Shown in pieces: positions 1 to 11,929 of a stretch of 64,000 bases of DNA (position 1 is its first letter; the number at the start of each line of letters is the position of its first letter). Position numbers and translations under genes: made by a program. The DNA comes from Ranitomeya imitator. Lineage: Eukaryota. The notes under the pieces are model-generated. The model made no database searches. It was not told the origin of the DNA and saw only the letters and a list, made by a program, of their open reading frames with translations. Where the stretch lies: NCBI RefSeq assembly GCF_032444005.1, contig NC_091282.1, forward strand, positions 637,484,001 to 637,548,000, read 5' to 3'.

Positions 1-213
1 GCGGCCATTATCGTTCACGCTCTTCGGTTCTTCTACACCCACTTCCACGCCCTTCTTCTTCTCCTGCGCTCCTCGTGGCGCGACAATGGCGGCAGTTTTG
101 GCGGGAATCTTGTGTCAATAGCAATGCACAGTCCTTGCAGTAAATCACAATTCCAACACGTCTCAATCACAGTTCCAAGGCACACATGACCCAATTCTTC
201 AGGTTTAAGTACG

Positions 214-231
214 ATCCTGTTCATGACGCCA
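214..231 (-). promoter_or_regulatory. Primer-binding site complementary to tRNA-Ser(CGA) 3' end
   Basis: Minus strand TGGCGTCATGAACAGGAT abuts the LTR end; 17/18 match to the complement of the recalled vertebrate tRNA-Ser(CGA) terminus ...ATCCTGTTCGTGACGCCA. Confidence 0.7.
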
Positions 232-1519
232 TGTTGGAGCGCCCCCAGACACAGGGCCACGTGTTTCGGTACCGGGCCTCTCTGGTTCGGTTCTGAGGCA
301 GTCACGGTGGCTAGACCCGGTCCGCGACCCTGCTAAGGGGCGTCCAATGAAAGTAGTGGAACAGTCTGTCAGGGGTTCGTGACGCCACCTGTGGTGTTCG
401 GTCAGGATGACTGACGCTGCTGTGGGGTCCGCTGGGGTGATGGAATGGCAGCTGGGTGGTATAACTTCCCACAGGTGAAGTATGTCCCCAGGGCTTCCCA
501 GTAAGGGGAATGGTGATGGTGTGAGGTGCAGGCAATAATGAGGACACAAGGTTGCAGTCTCTTTACCTTTTTACTGAAGGCTTCAATATACTCAGTCCAG
601 AGCACGTTCAACTGGGCTATCAGAGACCGGCCGGTCCGATGGGCACATCCAGAGTTTCCCTCGCAGATGGAAATCGTTGCCTACCAATAGCGCCTGTGTG
701 TTGTAGTCCTACCATGCTGAGCATTCGGAATAGTCCTCACAACTGCTGCTCTCGTTCGTTTGTTCACTACAGCTTTCTTTCTCTCTCTCGTTCTTTGGTT
801 CCAGATGTTGCTAGTTTCTAACGTCCCCCAGATATGTTTTGGCTAGGACGCCACTCGTTTGACGGGAAGGCTTGGAGGTCTTCCGGGACCCTAGAGACGC
901 CCCTCTCCCAATGTTGCCCCCTATGTCTTCGTAGGTGTAGAAGGTAGACAGCCAACCTATGATTAACTGTCCAGCGGAATTTGAAGTAAGGCCTGAAGTC
1001 AGTTACTCCTACGGTGATCCGGCCACCGACTACGCGCCTCAGTAAGATGTTGCCTTCCTCTCTCGGCACGACTCTTACTGGCTCTCCTTTGTGCTGATCT
1101 CGTTTACACTGTTCCACAATATTCTTCCCTTCTTGTCTCTCTCTTAGGATACCGCTGCAAGGTGTGCAGGCGCGGTTCCGTTACGTTCTGTTCTGTTCTG
1201 TTCGCTAGGCACCTGCCAGGTTCCCACGCCTGACAGGGACCCCCTGTGTCTTCTCCCTGCAACACCCCCTGCCACGGGATGTTGCCCGGTTCCAACCCAG
1301 TCAGCTTCTGACTAACTTCCTCCCCAGCCCCTAGTTTTACCAGTGTGAGGAGTGGCCCAATAAATAAAGCCTTTTTCTCCCCCTAGTGGCCGGAGTGTGA
1401 AGTGTAATGTGTTCTAGTGATACCTGGTCAGGAGAACTCCTTAGTGCCATCAGACGTACCGCTGCTCCCCTTAGTGGCAGAGCGCTATACTGCAACGACC
1501 AGGTCTCTGGGGCGCTGCA
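232..1519 (-). mobile_element. 5' LTR of an LTR retrotransposon (Gypsy-like) whose internal part runs off the left edge
   Basis: On the minus strand it begins TGCAGCGCC (1519) and ends CCAACA (232), immediately followed by a tRNA-type PBS. A related LTR fragment lies at ~19765-20516 (shared CCTTCAGTAAAAAGGTAAAGAGACTGCAACC block). Confidence 0.75.
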
Positions 1520-2147
1520 TATGTTATAGATTATTATAGCCTACAAGATCAGAAAGTGGCAAGGGGGCATTATCTAGAATAATATCAGTGTGTTTCTATC
1601 CTGTTTTATCTAGGCAGTACCACTGAATGGCAATTAAATCACTGCCCACTAATGATAATGAGATGACTCTGCCTATTGGGACCCAGTCTATACAGCAAAA
1701 CAGATAATACAGTTGAAAAAAATTACGAAACAGGAAATGTTGTCACCATCTTGTGTCTAATGTAGTTTGAATATTGAAATAATTCAATATTTTCTTTAAA
1801 AAAAATCTTCATACTATGAGCAAGTATAAGAAACTTTATAATAAATTTTTTTTCACAGAAATATGCTTCTTTCTCCACTTAATAGCCACTTCTCCCTTCT
1901 CCTGCCTCCTGACTCATCATTCACTTTGAAAAAGGGTTAAAATCCGTCTTGGTCAAATGGTGATAGATTGTAGTTGCCTTTTGAAGTACATACAAATGGA
2001 AGAAGCACAATAAAAGAGAAGCACATACACACACAGACCCCTGCTGATGCTCTTTGTTGTTTTAGGTTACTGTAAAGCTAGATTCCCATGTACACTGCTT
2101 AGTATTGCTATATAATGTTTTCCATGCTGCTGCTGCTGCTGCTGACC

Positions 2148-5100
2148 ATGTGTTACATACAGACAGGACAGCAGGAATCACACATGTCTGTGTGTTACAT
2201 ACAGACAGGAGAGCAGGAATCCTTCATGTTTGTGTGTTACATACAGGAGATTGGGAATCCCTCATGTCTGTGTGTTACACAGAGACAGGAGAGCAGGAAT
2301 CCCTCATGTCTGTGTGTTACATAGAGACAGGAGAGCAGGAATCCCTCATGTCTGTGTGTTACATAGAGACAGGAGAGCAGGAATCCCTCATGTCTGTGTG
2401 TTACATGGAGACAGGAGAGCAGAAATTCCTCATGTCTGTGCGATACATAAAGGAAGAAGAGCGGGAATCCATCATGTCTGTGTGTTACATACACACAGGA
2501 GAGCAGGAATCCCTCATGTCTGTGTATTACATACAGACAGGAGAGCAGGAATCCCTCATGTCTGTGTGTTACATACAGACAGGAGAGCAGGAATCCCTCA
2601 TGTCTGTGTGTTACATGGAGACAGGAGAGCAGGAATCCCTCATGTCTGTGTGTTACATAGAGACAGGAGAGCAGGAATCCCTCATGTCTGTGTGTTACAT
2701 AGAGACAGGAGAGCAGGAATCACTCATGTCTGTGTGTTACATGGAGACAGGAGAGCAGAAATTCCTCATGTCTGTGCGATACATAAAGGAAGAAGAGCGG
2801 GAATCCATCATGTCTGTGTGTTACATACACACAGGAGAGCAGGAATCCCTCATGTCTGTGTATTACATACAGACAGGAGAGCAGGAATCCCTCATGTCTG
2901 TGTGTTACATACAGACAGGAGAGCAGGAATCCCTCATGTCTGTGTATTACATACAGACAGGAGAGCAGGAATCCCTCATGTCTGTGTGTTACATACAGAC
3001 AGAATATCAGAAATCCCTCATGTCTGTGTGTTACATACAGACGGGAGCAGGAATCCCACATGTCTGCATACCTCCCAACTATTGAAGAAGGGAAAGAGGG
3101 ACAAAGTTTGAGGCGCGGGCAGCACTCCGTGGCAAATTTTAGGCCATGTCTGTGTGTTACATAGAGACAGGAGAGCAGGAATAACTCATGTCTGTGTGTT
3201 ATATGGAGACAGGAGAGCAGAAATCCCTCATGTCTCTGTGTTACATAAAGAGAGGAGAGCAGGAATCCCTCATGTCTCTGTGTTACATAAAGAGAGGAGA
3301 GCAGGAATCCCTCATGTCTGTGTGTTACATGGAGACAGGAGAGCAGGGATCCCTCATGTCTGTGTGTTACATAGAGACAGGAGAGCAGGAATCCCTCATG
3401 TCTGTGTGTTACATACAGACAGGAGAGCAGGAATCCCTCATGTCTGTGTGTTACATGGAGACAGGAGAGCAGGAATCCCTCATGTCTGTGTATTACATAC
3501 AGACAGGAGAGCAGGAATCCCTCATGTCTGTGTATTACATACAGACAGGAGAGCAGGAATCCCTCATGTCTGTGTATTACATGGAAACAGGAGAGCAGGA
3601 ATCCCTCATGTATGTGTGTTACATAGAGACAGGAGAGCAGGAATCCCTCATGTCGGTGTGTTACCTAGAGACAGGAGAGCGGGAATCCCTCATGTATGTG
3701 TGTTACATAGAGACAGGAGAGCGGGAATCCCTCATATCTGTGTGTTACATAGAGACAGGAGAGCAGGAATCCCTCATGTCTGTGTGTTACATACAGACAG
3801 GAGAGCGGGAATCCCTCATGTATGTATGCTACATACAGATATGAGAGCAGGAATCCCTCATGTCTGTTACATATAGACAGGAGAGCAGGAATCCCTTATG
3901 TCTGTGTGTTACATACAGACAGGAGAGCAGGAATCCCTCATGTCTGTGTGTTACATGGAGACAGGAGAGCAGGAATTCCTCATGTCTGTGCGATACATAG
4001 AGACATGAGAGCAGGAATCCCTCATGTCTGTGTGTTACATAGAGTCAGGAGAGCAGGAATCCCTCATGTCTGTGTGTCATATGCAGACGGGAGCAGGAAT
4101 CCCACATGTGTGTCTGTTACATAGAGACAGGAGAACGGGAATCCCTCATGTATGTGTGCTACATACAGACAGGAGAGCAGGAATCCCTCATGTCTGTGTG
4201 TTACATGGAGACAGGAGAGCAGGAATTCCTCATGTATGTGTGTTACATAGAGACAGGAGAGCGGGAATCCCTCATGTCTGTGTGTTACATGGAGACAGGA
4301 GAGCAGGAATCCCTCATGTCTGTGTGCTACATAGAGACAGGAGAGCAGGAATCCCTCATGTCTGTGTGTTACATAGAGACAGGAGAGCAGGAATCCCTCA
4401 TGTCTGTGTGTTACATAGAGACAGGAGAGCAGGAATCCCTCATGTCTGTGTGTTACATGGAGACAGGAGAGCAGGAATCCCTCATGTCTGTGTGTTACAT
4501 AGAGACAGGAGAGCAGGAATCCCTCATGTCTGTGTGTTACATAGAGACAGGAGAGCAGGAATCCCTTATGTTTGTGTGTTACATAGAGACAGGAGAGCGG
4601 GAATCCCTCATGTCTGTGTGTTACATGGAGACAGGAGAGCAGGAATCCCTCATGTCTCTGTGTTACATGGAGACAGGAGAGCAGGAATCCCTCATGTCTG
4701 TGTGTTACATAAAGACAGGAGAGCAGGAATCCCTCATGTCTGTGTGTTACATGGAGACAGGAGAGCAGGAATCCCTCATGTCTGTGTGTTACATAAAGAC
4801 AGGAGAGCAGGAATCCCTCATGTCTGTGTGTTACATGGAGACAGGAGAGCAGGAATCCCTCATGTCTGTGTGTTACATACAGACAGAAGAGCAGGAATCC
4901 CTCATGTCTGTGTGTTACATGGAGACAGAAGAGCAGGAATCCCTCATGTCTGTGTGTTACATGGAGACAGAAGAGCAGGAATCCCTCATGTCTGTGTGTT
5001 ACATAAAGACAGGAGAGCAGGAATCCCTCATGTCTGTGTGTTACATGGAGACAGGAGAGCAGGAATCCCTCATGTCTGTGTGTTACATAGAGACAGGAGA

Positions 5101-5622
5101 GCAGGAATCCCTCATGTCTGTGTGTTACATAGAGACAGGAGAGCAGGAATCCCTCATGTCTGTGTGTTACATAGAGACAGGAGAGCAGGAATCCCTCATG
5201 TCTGTGTGTTACATAGAGACAGGAGAGCAGGAATCCCTCATGTCTGTGTGTTACATGGAGACAGGAGAGCGGGAATCCCTCATGTCTGTGTGTTACATGG
5301 AGACAGGAAAGCAGGAATCCCTCATGTCTGTGTGTTACATAGAGACAGGAGAGCAGGAATCCCTTATGTTTGTGTGTTACATGGAGAGAGGAGAGCAGGA
5401 ATCCCTCATGTCTGTGTGTTACATGGAGACAGGAGAGCAGAAATTCCTCATGTCTGTGCGATACATAAAGGAAGAAGAGCGGGAATCCATCATGTCTGTG
5501 TGTTACATACAGACAGAATATCAGAAATCCCTCATGTCTGTGTGTTACATTCAGACGGGAGCAGGAATCCCACATGTGTGTCTGTTACATAGAGACAGGA
5601 GAGCGGGAATCCCTCATGTCTG
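2148..5622. repeat. 42-bp minisatellite array (consensus ATGTCTGTGTGTTACATAGAGACAGGAGAGCAGGAATCCCTC)
   Basis: Directly visible tandem units; the ORF track shows 14-aa periodicity. Interrupted at 3067-3146 by an 80-bp transposon-end fragment. Confidence 0.97.
3067..3146 (+). mobile_element. Truncated left end of the element at 5623-7300
   Basis: CATACCTCCCAACTATTGAAG...AATTTTAGGCCA is identical to 5623-5702, then the sequence reverts to minisatellite. Confidence 0.85.
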
Positions 5623-5814
5623 CATACCTCCCAACTATTGAAGAAGGGAAAGAGGGACAAAGTTTGAGGCGCGGGCAGCACTCCGTGGCAAATTTTAGGC
5701 CACGCCTCTGACCACAGCCATTTCACAACTAGTCACACCCATATCCACGCCCCAACCACACCCATTTAGCACTGCTGATCACACTGTTTCATAAACAATA
5801 ATTATAAACAAAAA

Positions 5815-6395
5815 ATATGGCCACACAGTGCTCCATACTCAATAATGGCCACACAGTGCTCCATACTGTAAAATGGCCACACATGATGCTCCATACTGTA
5901 TAATGGCCCTACATGATGCTTCATACTGTATAATGGCCACACATGATGCTCAATATTGTATAATGGCCACACATGACGCTCTATATTGATACTGTATAAT
6001 GGCCATACATGATGCTCCATACTGTATAATAGCCACACATAGTGCTCCATACTGTATAATGGCCACACATGATGCTCAATACTGTATAATGGCCACACAG
6101 TGCTCCATACTGTATAATGGCCCCACATGATGCTGCATACAATATAATGGCCCCACATGATGCTGCGTACAGTATACTGGCCCCACGTGATGCTCCATAC
6201 AGTATAATGGGCCCACATGATGCTGCATACTGTATAATGGTCTCACATGTTGCTTTGCACAGTATTATGGCTCCACACAATGCTGGGTACAGTATAATGG
6301 CCCCACATGATGCTGGGTACAGTATAATGGCCCCACATGATGCTGGGTGCAGTATAATGGCCCCACATGATACTGCATACAGTATAATGGCCACA
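5815..6395. repeat. ~30-bp tandem repeat (ATGGCCCCACATGATGCTCCATACTGTATA-like)
   Basis: Visible tandem units inside the 5623-7300 element. Confidence 0.9.
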
Positions 6396-6639
6396 CATGG
6401 TTATCCCACCTCCATCATTGCCTTCTCCATCACTACACACACACACCTTTCAACACGCTCCATCACAGCAGCCAGCAGCTTCCACTCCCATGGCGCTGAA
6501 TGACGTCATTCTGCCGCGCCACAGCGGTGACTGCTCACATCGCTGCAGCTCTGGTACGCAACTGATAAAGACCTCTCCATGTCTCCTGTGCCAGTCAGTG
6601 TCAGAGCGAGGAGCAATATCTGCTCCGATCCAACACAGC

Positions 6640-6950
6640 TAGCGTGCGCTCCGTACACCTTGTACACACGCGGCTGCTCTTCGTACACATCGTACACATG
6701 CAGTTCTGCTCCGTACACCTCGTACACATGTAGCTGCGGTCCGTACACCTCATACACACGCGGCTGCGCTCTGTACACCTCATACACATGCGGCTGTGGT
6801 CCGTACACACGTGGCTCTGCTCTGTACACCTCGTGCACACACACGACTCCGCTCCATAAACCTTGCACACGCGGCTCCGCTCCGTACACCTCGTACACAC
6901 GTTGCTCTGCTCCGTACACCTCGTACCCACATGGCTCTGCTACATCCACA
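6640..6950. repeat. ~30-bp tandem repeat (GCTCCGTACACCTCGTACACACGCGGCTCT-like)
   Basis: Visible tandem units inside the 5623-7300 element. Confidence 0.9.
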
Positions 6951-7145
6951 CTGTAAACACCTCCTGACCCCACACATAAACTTACCCTCATCCAGCACCA
7001 TGACAACCAGCAGAGTCCTGCATGCATACCCGGAGGCCCCGATCATGTGACCACTGACTCCTCCCCTCCTGTGACCTCATCACAGGTCCTGTGCGCACAG
7101 AACAGCCATATATATGGTGTGCTGCTCTGCGGGTGGAGGGATGAG

Positions 7146-7300
7146 CAGACCTCCCAACTGTCCCAGATCCAGTGGGGCAGTCACGATGAGGCTGAGGCTG
7201 AAATTGCAGTGCGGGAAAACTAATGTCCCACCCGTGACTGCGGGGGGAGACTGTCAAAATCGGGACTGCCCCGCTGGATCAGGGACAGTTGGGAGGTCTG
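7146..7300. repeat. 155-bp fold-back with 37-bp inverted arms at the element's right end
   Basis: CAGACCTCCCAACTGTCCCAGATCCAGTGGGGCAGTC pairs with GACTGCCCCGCTGGATCAGGGACAGTTGGGAGGTCTG (2 mismatches). Confidence 0.85.
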
Positions 7301-7725
7301 TTTCTGTGTGTTACCTAGAGACAGGAGAGCGGGAATCCTTCATATCTGTGTGTTACATAGAGACAGGAGAGCAGGAATCCCTCATGTCTGTGTGTTACAT
7401 AGAGATAGGAGAGCGGGAATCCCTCATGTCTGTGTGTTACATAGAGAGAGGAGAGCAGGAATCCCTCATGTCTGTGTGTTACATACAGACAGGAGAGCAG
7501 GAATCCCTCATGTCTGTGTGTTACATAGAGACAGGAGAGCGGGAATCCCTCAAGTCTGTGTATTACATACAGACAGGAGAGCAGGAATCCCTCATGTCTG
7601 TGTGTTACATACAGACAGGAGAGCAGGAATCCCTCATGTCTGTGTGTTACATACAGACAGGAGAGCAGGAATCCCTCATGTCTGCGTGTTAAATTCAGAC
7701 AGTAGAGCGGGAATCCTTTATGTCA
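7301..7725. repeat. Continuation of the 42-bp minisatellite
   Basis: Same unit as 2148-5622. Confidence 0.95.
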
Positions 7726-7825
7726 GTGTATGTGCAATATAGTAGATCTTCTCTACACCCTTGCTCAGAGACAACTGAAAATTAGAGATAAAGACTACAG
7801 AACAAATTCAGGCACACTTTAAATA

Positions 7826-9443
7826 CAGTTAGGGCCAGAAATATTTGGACAGTGACACAAGTTTTGTTATTTTAGCTGTTTACAAAAACATGTTCAGAAA
7901 TACAATTATATATATAATATGGGCTGAAAGTGCACACTCCCAGCTGCAATATGATAGTTTCCACATCCAAATCGGAGAAAGGGTTTAGGAATCATAGCTC
8001 TGTAATGCATAGCGTCCTCTTTTTCAAGGGACCAAAAGTAATTGGACAATGGACTCTAAGGGCTGCAATTAACTCTGAAGGCGTCTCCCTCGTTAACCTG
8101 TAATCAATGAAGTAGTTAAAAGGTCAGGGGTGGATTCTAGGTGTGTGGTTTTGCATTTGGAAGCTGTTGCTGTGAGCAGACAACATGCGGTCAAAGGAAC
8201 TCTCAATTGAGGTGAAGCAGAACATCCTGAGGCTGAAAAAAAAGAAAAAATCCATCAGAGAGATAGCAGACTTGCTTGGAGTAGCAAAATCAACAGTTGG
8301 GTACATTCTGAGAAAAAAGGAATTGACTGGTGAGCTTGGGAACTCAAAAAGGCCTGGGCGTCCACGGATGACAACAGTGGTGGATGATCGCCACATACTT
8401 AATTTGGTGAAGAAGAGCCCGTTCACAACATCAACTGAAGTCCAGAACACTCTCAGTGAAGTAGGTGTATCTGTCTCTAAGTCAACAGTAAAGAGAAGAC
8501 TCCATGACAGTAAATACAAAGGGTTCACATCTAGATGCAAACCATTCATCAATACCAAAAATAGACAGGCCAGAGTTAAATTTGCAGAAAAACACCTCAA
8601 GAAGCCAGCTCAGTTCTGGAAAAGTATTCTATAGACAGATGAGACAAAGATCAACCTGTACCAGAATGATGGGAAGAAAAAAGTTTGGAGAAGAAAGGGA
8701 ACGGCACATGATCCAAGGCACACCACATCCTCTGTAAAACATGGTGGAGGCAACGTGATGACTTGTGTTTATTGATGACATAAGAGCAGACAAGAGTAGC
8801 CGGATGAATTCTGAAGTGTACCGGGATATACTTTCAGCCCAGATTCAGCCAAATGCTTGCAAAGTTGATTGGACGGCGCTTCATAGTACAGATGGACAAT
8901 GACCCCAAGCATACATCCAAAGCTACCCAGAAGTTCATGAGTGCCAAAAAGTGGAACATTCTGCAATGGCCAAGTCAATCTCCAGATCTAAACCCAATTG
9001 AGCATGCATTTCACTTGCTCAAATCCAGACTTAAGACGGAAAGACCCACAAACAAGCAAGACCTGAAGGATGCGGCTGTAAAGGCCTGGCAAAGCATTAA
9101 GAAGGAGGAAACCCAGCGTTTGGTAATGTCCATGGGTTCCAGACTTAAGGCAGTGATTGCCTCCAAAGGATTTGCAACAAAATATTGAAAATAAAAATAT
9201 TTTGTTTGGGTCATGTTTATTTGTCCAATTACTTTTGACCTCCTAAAATGTGGAGTGTTTGTAAAGAAATGTGTACAATTCCTACATTTTCTATCAGATA
9301 TTTTTGTTCAACCCTTCAAATTAAACGTTACAATCTGCACTTGAATTCTGTTGTAGAGGTTTCATTTCAAATCCAATGTGGTGGCATGCAGAGCCCAAAT
9401 CGCGAAAATTGTGTCACTGTCCAAATATTTCTGGCCCTAACTG
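7826..9443 (+). mobile_element. Tc1-like DNA transposon (DD34E), near full length
   Basis: TIR CAGTTAGGGCCAGAAATATTTGGACAGTGACACAA at both ends; TA TSDs at 7824-25 and 9444-45; internal transposase. Confidence 0.95.
8185..9188 (+). pseudogene. Disrupted Tc1 transposase
   Basis: Paired-like HTH N-terminus with GRPR motif; TDE...MDND-34aa-NPIE triad; premature TAG at 8632-34; deletion after HGGGNVM; further frameshift. Confidence 0.93.
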
Positions 9444-9572
9444 TAAATACTACAAAAATACAGGCCTGGAGAACAGATCTGGGGAACATTAACTGTGAGG
9501 GACATGGGGTTTGTTTAGTTGCTGACTTCGGCCAATGTGGTCTGAAATCTTCTTAATACGTCTTCATTCTAG

Positions 9573-9652
9573 AATATAAAGCTGAACTGGAGAAGAACAT
9601 TTCATCAGACACCAGTGAGCCGTACACTGCACTCCTCCTAGCACTGGCCAAG
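9573..9652 (+). CDS. ANXA9: Annexin A9-like exon (80 bp): EYKAELEKNISSDTSEPYTALLLALAK
   Basis: AG/GT boundaries; length and sequence match the annexin exon ending repeat II (ANXA2 ...[22 protein letters not shown]). Confidence 0.9.
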
Positions 9653-9725
9653 GTGACCGCCAACACCGGTAGTCGCTTTCTTATGATTTATAAGGATAAT
9701 GCTAATGATGTATCTTTAATTCCAG

Positions 9726-9785
9726 GGCAAGAGAGAAAGTGATTCTGGGATAATTGACTATGGCCTCATTGAGCAGGAATCAAAG
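9726..9785 (+). CDS. ANXA9: Annexin A9-like exon (60 bp): GKRESDSGIIDYGLIEQESK
   Basis: AG/GT boundaries, phase-compatible; SGIIDY matches recalled human ANXA9 (SYSGIIDYNLAEQD). Confidence 0.9.
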
Positions 9786-9899
9786 GTTGTATGTGGTTTC
9801 ATATGGCTCTGCCTTGTGGTGCAAGCTGGTACAGCAGTAAATAAGAGTGCATTTTTAAAGGAGAATTAAACCTTTAATTGTTTGCACTTGTAATGGCAG

Positions 9900-9990
9900 A
9901 TTCTGAGCGATCTGGGACCTAAGAATATCGCCAACAGCACTCAGTGGATCAAAATTTTGACAGAACGAAGCCATGGACACCTTAGGAGAG
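9900..9990 (+). CDS. ANXA9: Annexin A9-like exon (91 bp): ILSDLGPKNIANSTQWIKILTERSHGHLRR
   Basis: AG/GT boundaries; W-x-x-I-x-T-E-R-S-x-x-H-L annexin repeat III motif. Confidence 0.88.
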
Positions 9991-10384
9991 GTAAATTCAC
10001 CATCAATTGACCATCTAGGTTAGCAATGGTGTTAAAGTATTATGAATATAATAAAGACTAGTGGAGAGACATCTTTTAGGACCCCCATTCACCAGGATAG
10101 TAGGATTCCTATGGCAGCCTAATGAAAGTCAAACACTGATTGGCATAATGGTCGACCTATCGTTATTCATAATTATGGACCATTTCTTTAGAGTAAAGGG
10201 GTATTCCAGCCTGAAGAGGTTTGGGTTACACAGGTCACTATATTGCCCCTAGCTGCAAGACCATGGCAAAGTGGAGTCTGAATGAAGCAGCTGTTTCCAC
10301 CATTACAGTAGACTTTGAGTAGAATGGTCGGGCAAGCGTTCGGAAGATCAATATGTGAAATAACCTTCTGGCCGGAATGTTCCT

Positions 10385-10863
10385 TTAAAGGCTTCAAATG
10401 TTTTTTTTTCCGTGTTCTCAATTGGATGTTTTTGAATAGTGTTTTAAAAAACAAGTAGTTTTGCAATTTACTGTTTATTAACATTTTCAGTCGTTCTTGA
10501 GATATTCACATTTTCTTTTGTTTACAGCTTGTTTCCTTGGAGACCGACCACCGCTGCTAGAGAGTAGAATCTGCAAAGTGCTGACAAGCTTTTTGCTGTT
10601 GAACCTGTAAGCATTGTTTTGAAGCTGGCCAGGATCACTAAAGCACACTGTTAACACCTAGTATCAACCAGCTTCATCACAGTGCTTACAAGCTAGATGA
10701 CAGCGGTGATCGGTCTCCTAGGCAACAAGCTGTAAACAAAGGAAAAAGTGTTAATATCTCAAGAACGGCTGAAAATTTTAGCAAGCAGTAAATCGCAAAT
10801 GTGCTTGTTTTTACTAGCACTATCTGAAAAACCCATTTATGAAGATGGGTAATAACCCTTTAA
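10385..10863. mobile_element. Palindromic TTAA-flanked MITE (T2/Kolobok-like); a second small MITE-like piece lies at 10194-10388
   Basis: Arms ~10451-10560 and ~10693-10810 are reverse complements; ends TTAAAGG... / ...CCCTTTAA. Confidence 0.65.
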
Positions 10864-10915
10864 GGTAGAAGACTTCATGCAATGAGTTACTAATGGCTAT
10901 CTATGCTGAATTTAG

Positions 10916-11011
10916 TGTTCGATCACTTCAAGAAATCAACGTCAGAAGACATCGAGGAAAGGATTAAGGGAAATTTTAAAGGCGACTTCCAGAAAGGAGT
11001 GCTAACATTAG
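10916..11011 (+). CDS. ANXA9: Annexin A9-like exon (96 bp): VFDHFKKSTSEDIEERIKGNFKGDFQKGVLTL
   Basis: TTTAG / GTGAGT boundaries; canonical 96-bp annexin exon. Confidence 0.9.
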
Positions 11012-11308
11012 GTGAGTGCCCAGGTGACACGTGTGCTGTGCACTTTGTATCAGTCGGATAGATAACCTTAGTCCTCCAGCAGCTTAATGAAAAATAAAAA
11101 GTTACAGGTATCATAAAAAGTTGTTACAAACCAATGAATGAGCCCATGGGGGATTCAGATTTATTAAAGGGGTCATTTTTCTTTACAAGAGCAGTTTCCG
11201 CCGTGTAATAACATGTGATTCGATTATTTTTGTTGGACCCTTCCAGCAAAGACGTGATGGTAAAACACAAGACCTACACATTCAATCTGATTTATGTTCT
11301 CGTCTTAG

Positions 11309-11367
11309 TGGCCGTGATTAAGGACACTCCACTCTACTTTGCGGACAGACTGTACAGTGCAGTGAAG
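11309..11367 (+). CDS. ANXA9: Annexin A9-like exon (59 bp): VAVIKDTPLYFADRLYSAVK
   Basis: AG/GTAAG boundaries; canonical 59-bp exon; VIKxTPLYFAD matches ANXA9. Confidence 0.93.
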
Positions 11368-11929
11368 GTAAGGGTCTTTTTAACCCCTTCATGACCCAGC
11401 CTATTTTGACCTTAAAGACCTTGCCGTTTTTTGCAATTCTGACCAGTGTCCCTTTATGAGGTAATAACTCGGGAACGCTTCAACGGATCCTAGCGGTTCT
11501 GAGATTGTTTTTTCGTGACATATTGGGCTTCATGTTAGTGGTAAATTTAGGTCAATAAATTCTGTGTTTATTTGTGATAAAAACGGAAATTTGGCGAAAA
11601 TTTTGAAAATTTCGCAATTTTCACATTTTGAATTTTTATTCTGTTAAACCAGAGTTATGTGACAAAAAATAGTTAATAAATAACATTTCCCACACGTCTA
11701 CTTTACATCAGCACAATTTTGGAAACAAAATTTTTTTTTGCTAGGAAGTTATAAGGGTTAAAATTTGACCAGCGATTTCTCATTTTTACAACGAAATTTA
11801 CAAAACCATTTTTTTAGGGACCACCTCACATTTGAAGTCAGTTTGAGGGGTCTATATGGCTGAAAATACCCAAAAGTAACACCATTCTAAAAACTGCACC
11901 CCTCAAGGTGCAAAAACCACATTCCAGAA

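Larger units (their letters stand above)
5623..7300. mobile_element. Non-autonomous DNA-transposon-like element inserted in the 42-bp array
   Basis: Terminal inverted repeats CATACCTCCCAACT / AGTTGGGAGGTCTG. The minisatellite resumes on both sides (TGTCTG | TTTCTG flanks). Contains internal tandem repeats. Confidence 0.7.

Noticed and set aside
214-231. tRNA-Ser 3' end match as a tRNA gene
   Set aside because: Only 18 nt, no cloverleaf, and positioned as a PBS next to an LTR.
2105-5641. Long ORFs (up to 522 aa) in several frames
   Set aside because: They are translations of a stop-free 42-bp minisatellite, open on both strands, inside an annexin intron; no evidence of a real gene.
5802-7050. 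Repetitive His/Tyr/Cys-rich ORFs
   Set aside because: Products of 30-bp tandem repeats inside a non-autonomous element.
2148-7725. CRISPR-like regular repeats (also 16580-17575 and 34978-35195)
   Set aside because: Units are head-to-tail without unique spacers, the context is eukaryotic, and there are no cas genes.
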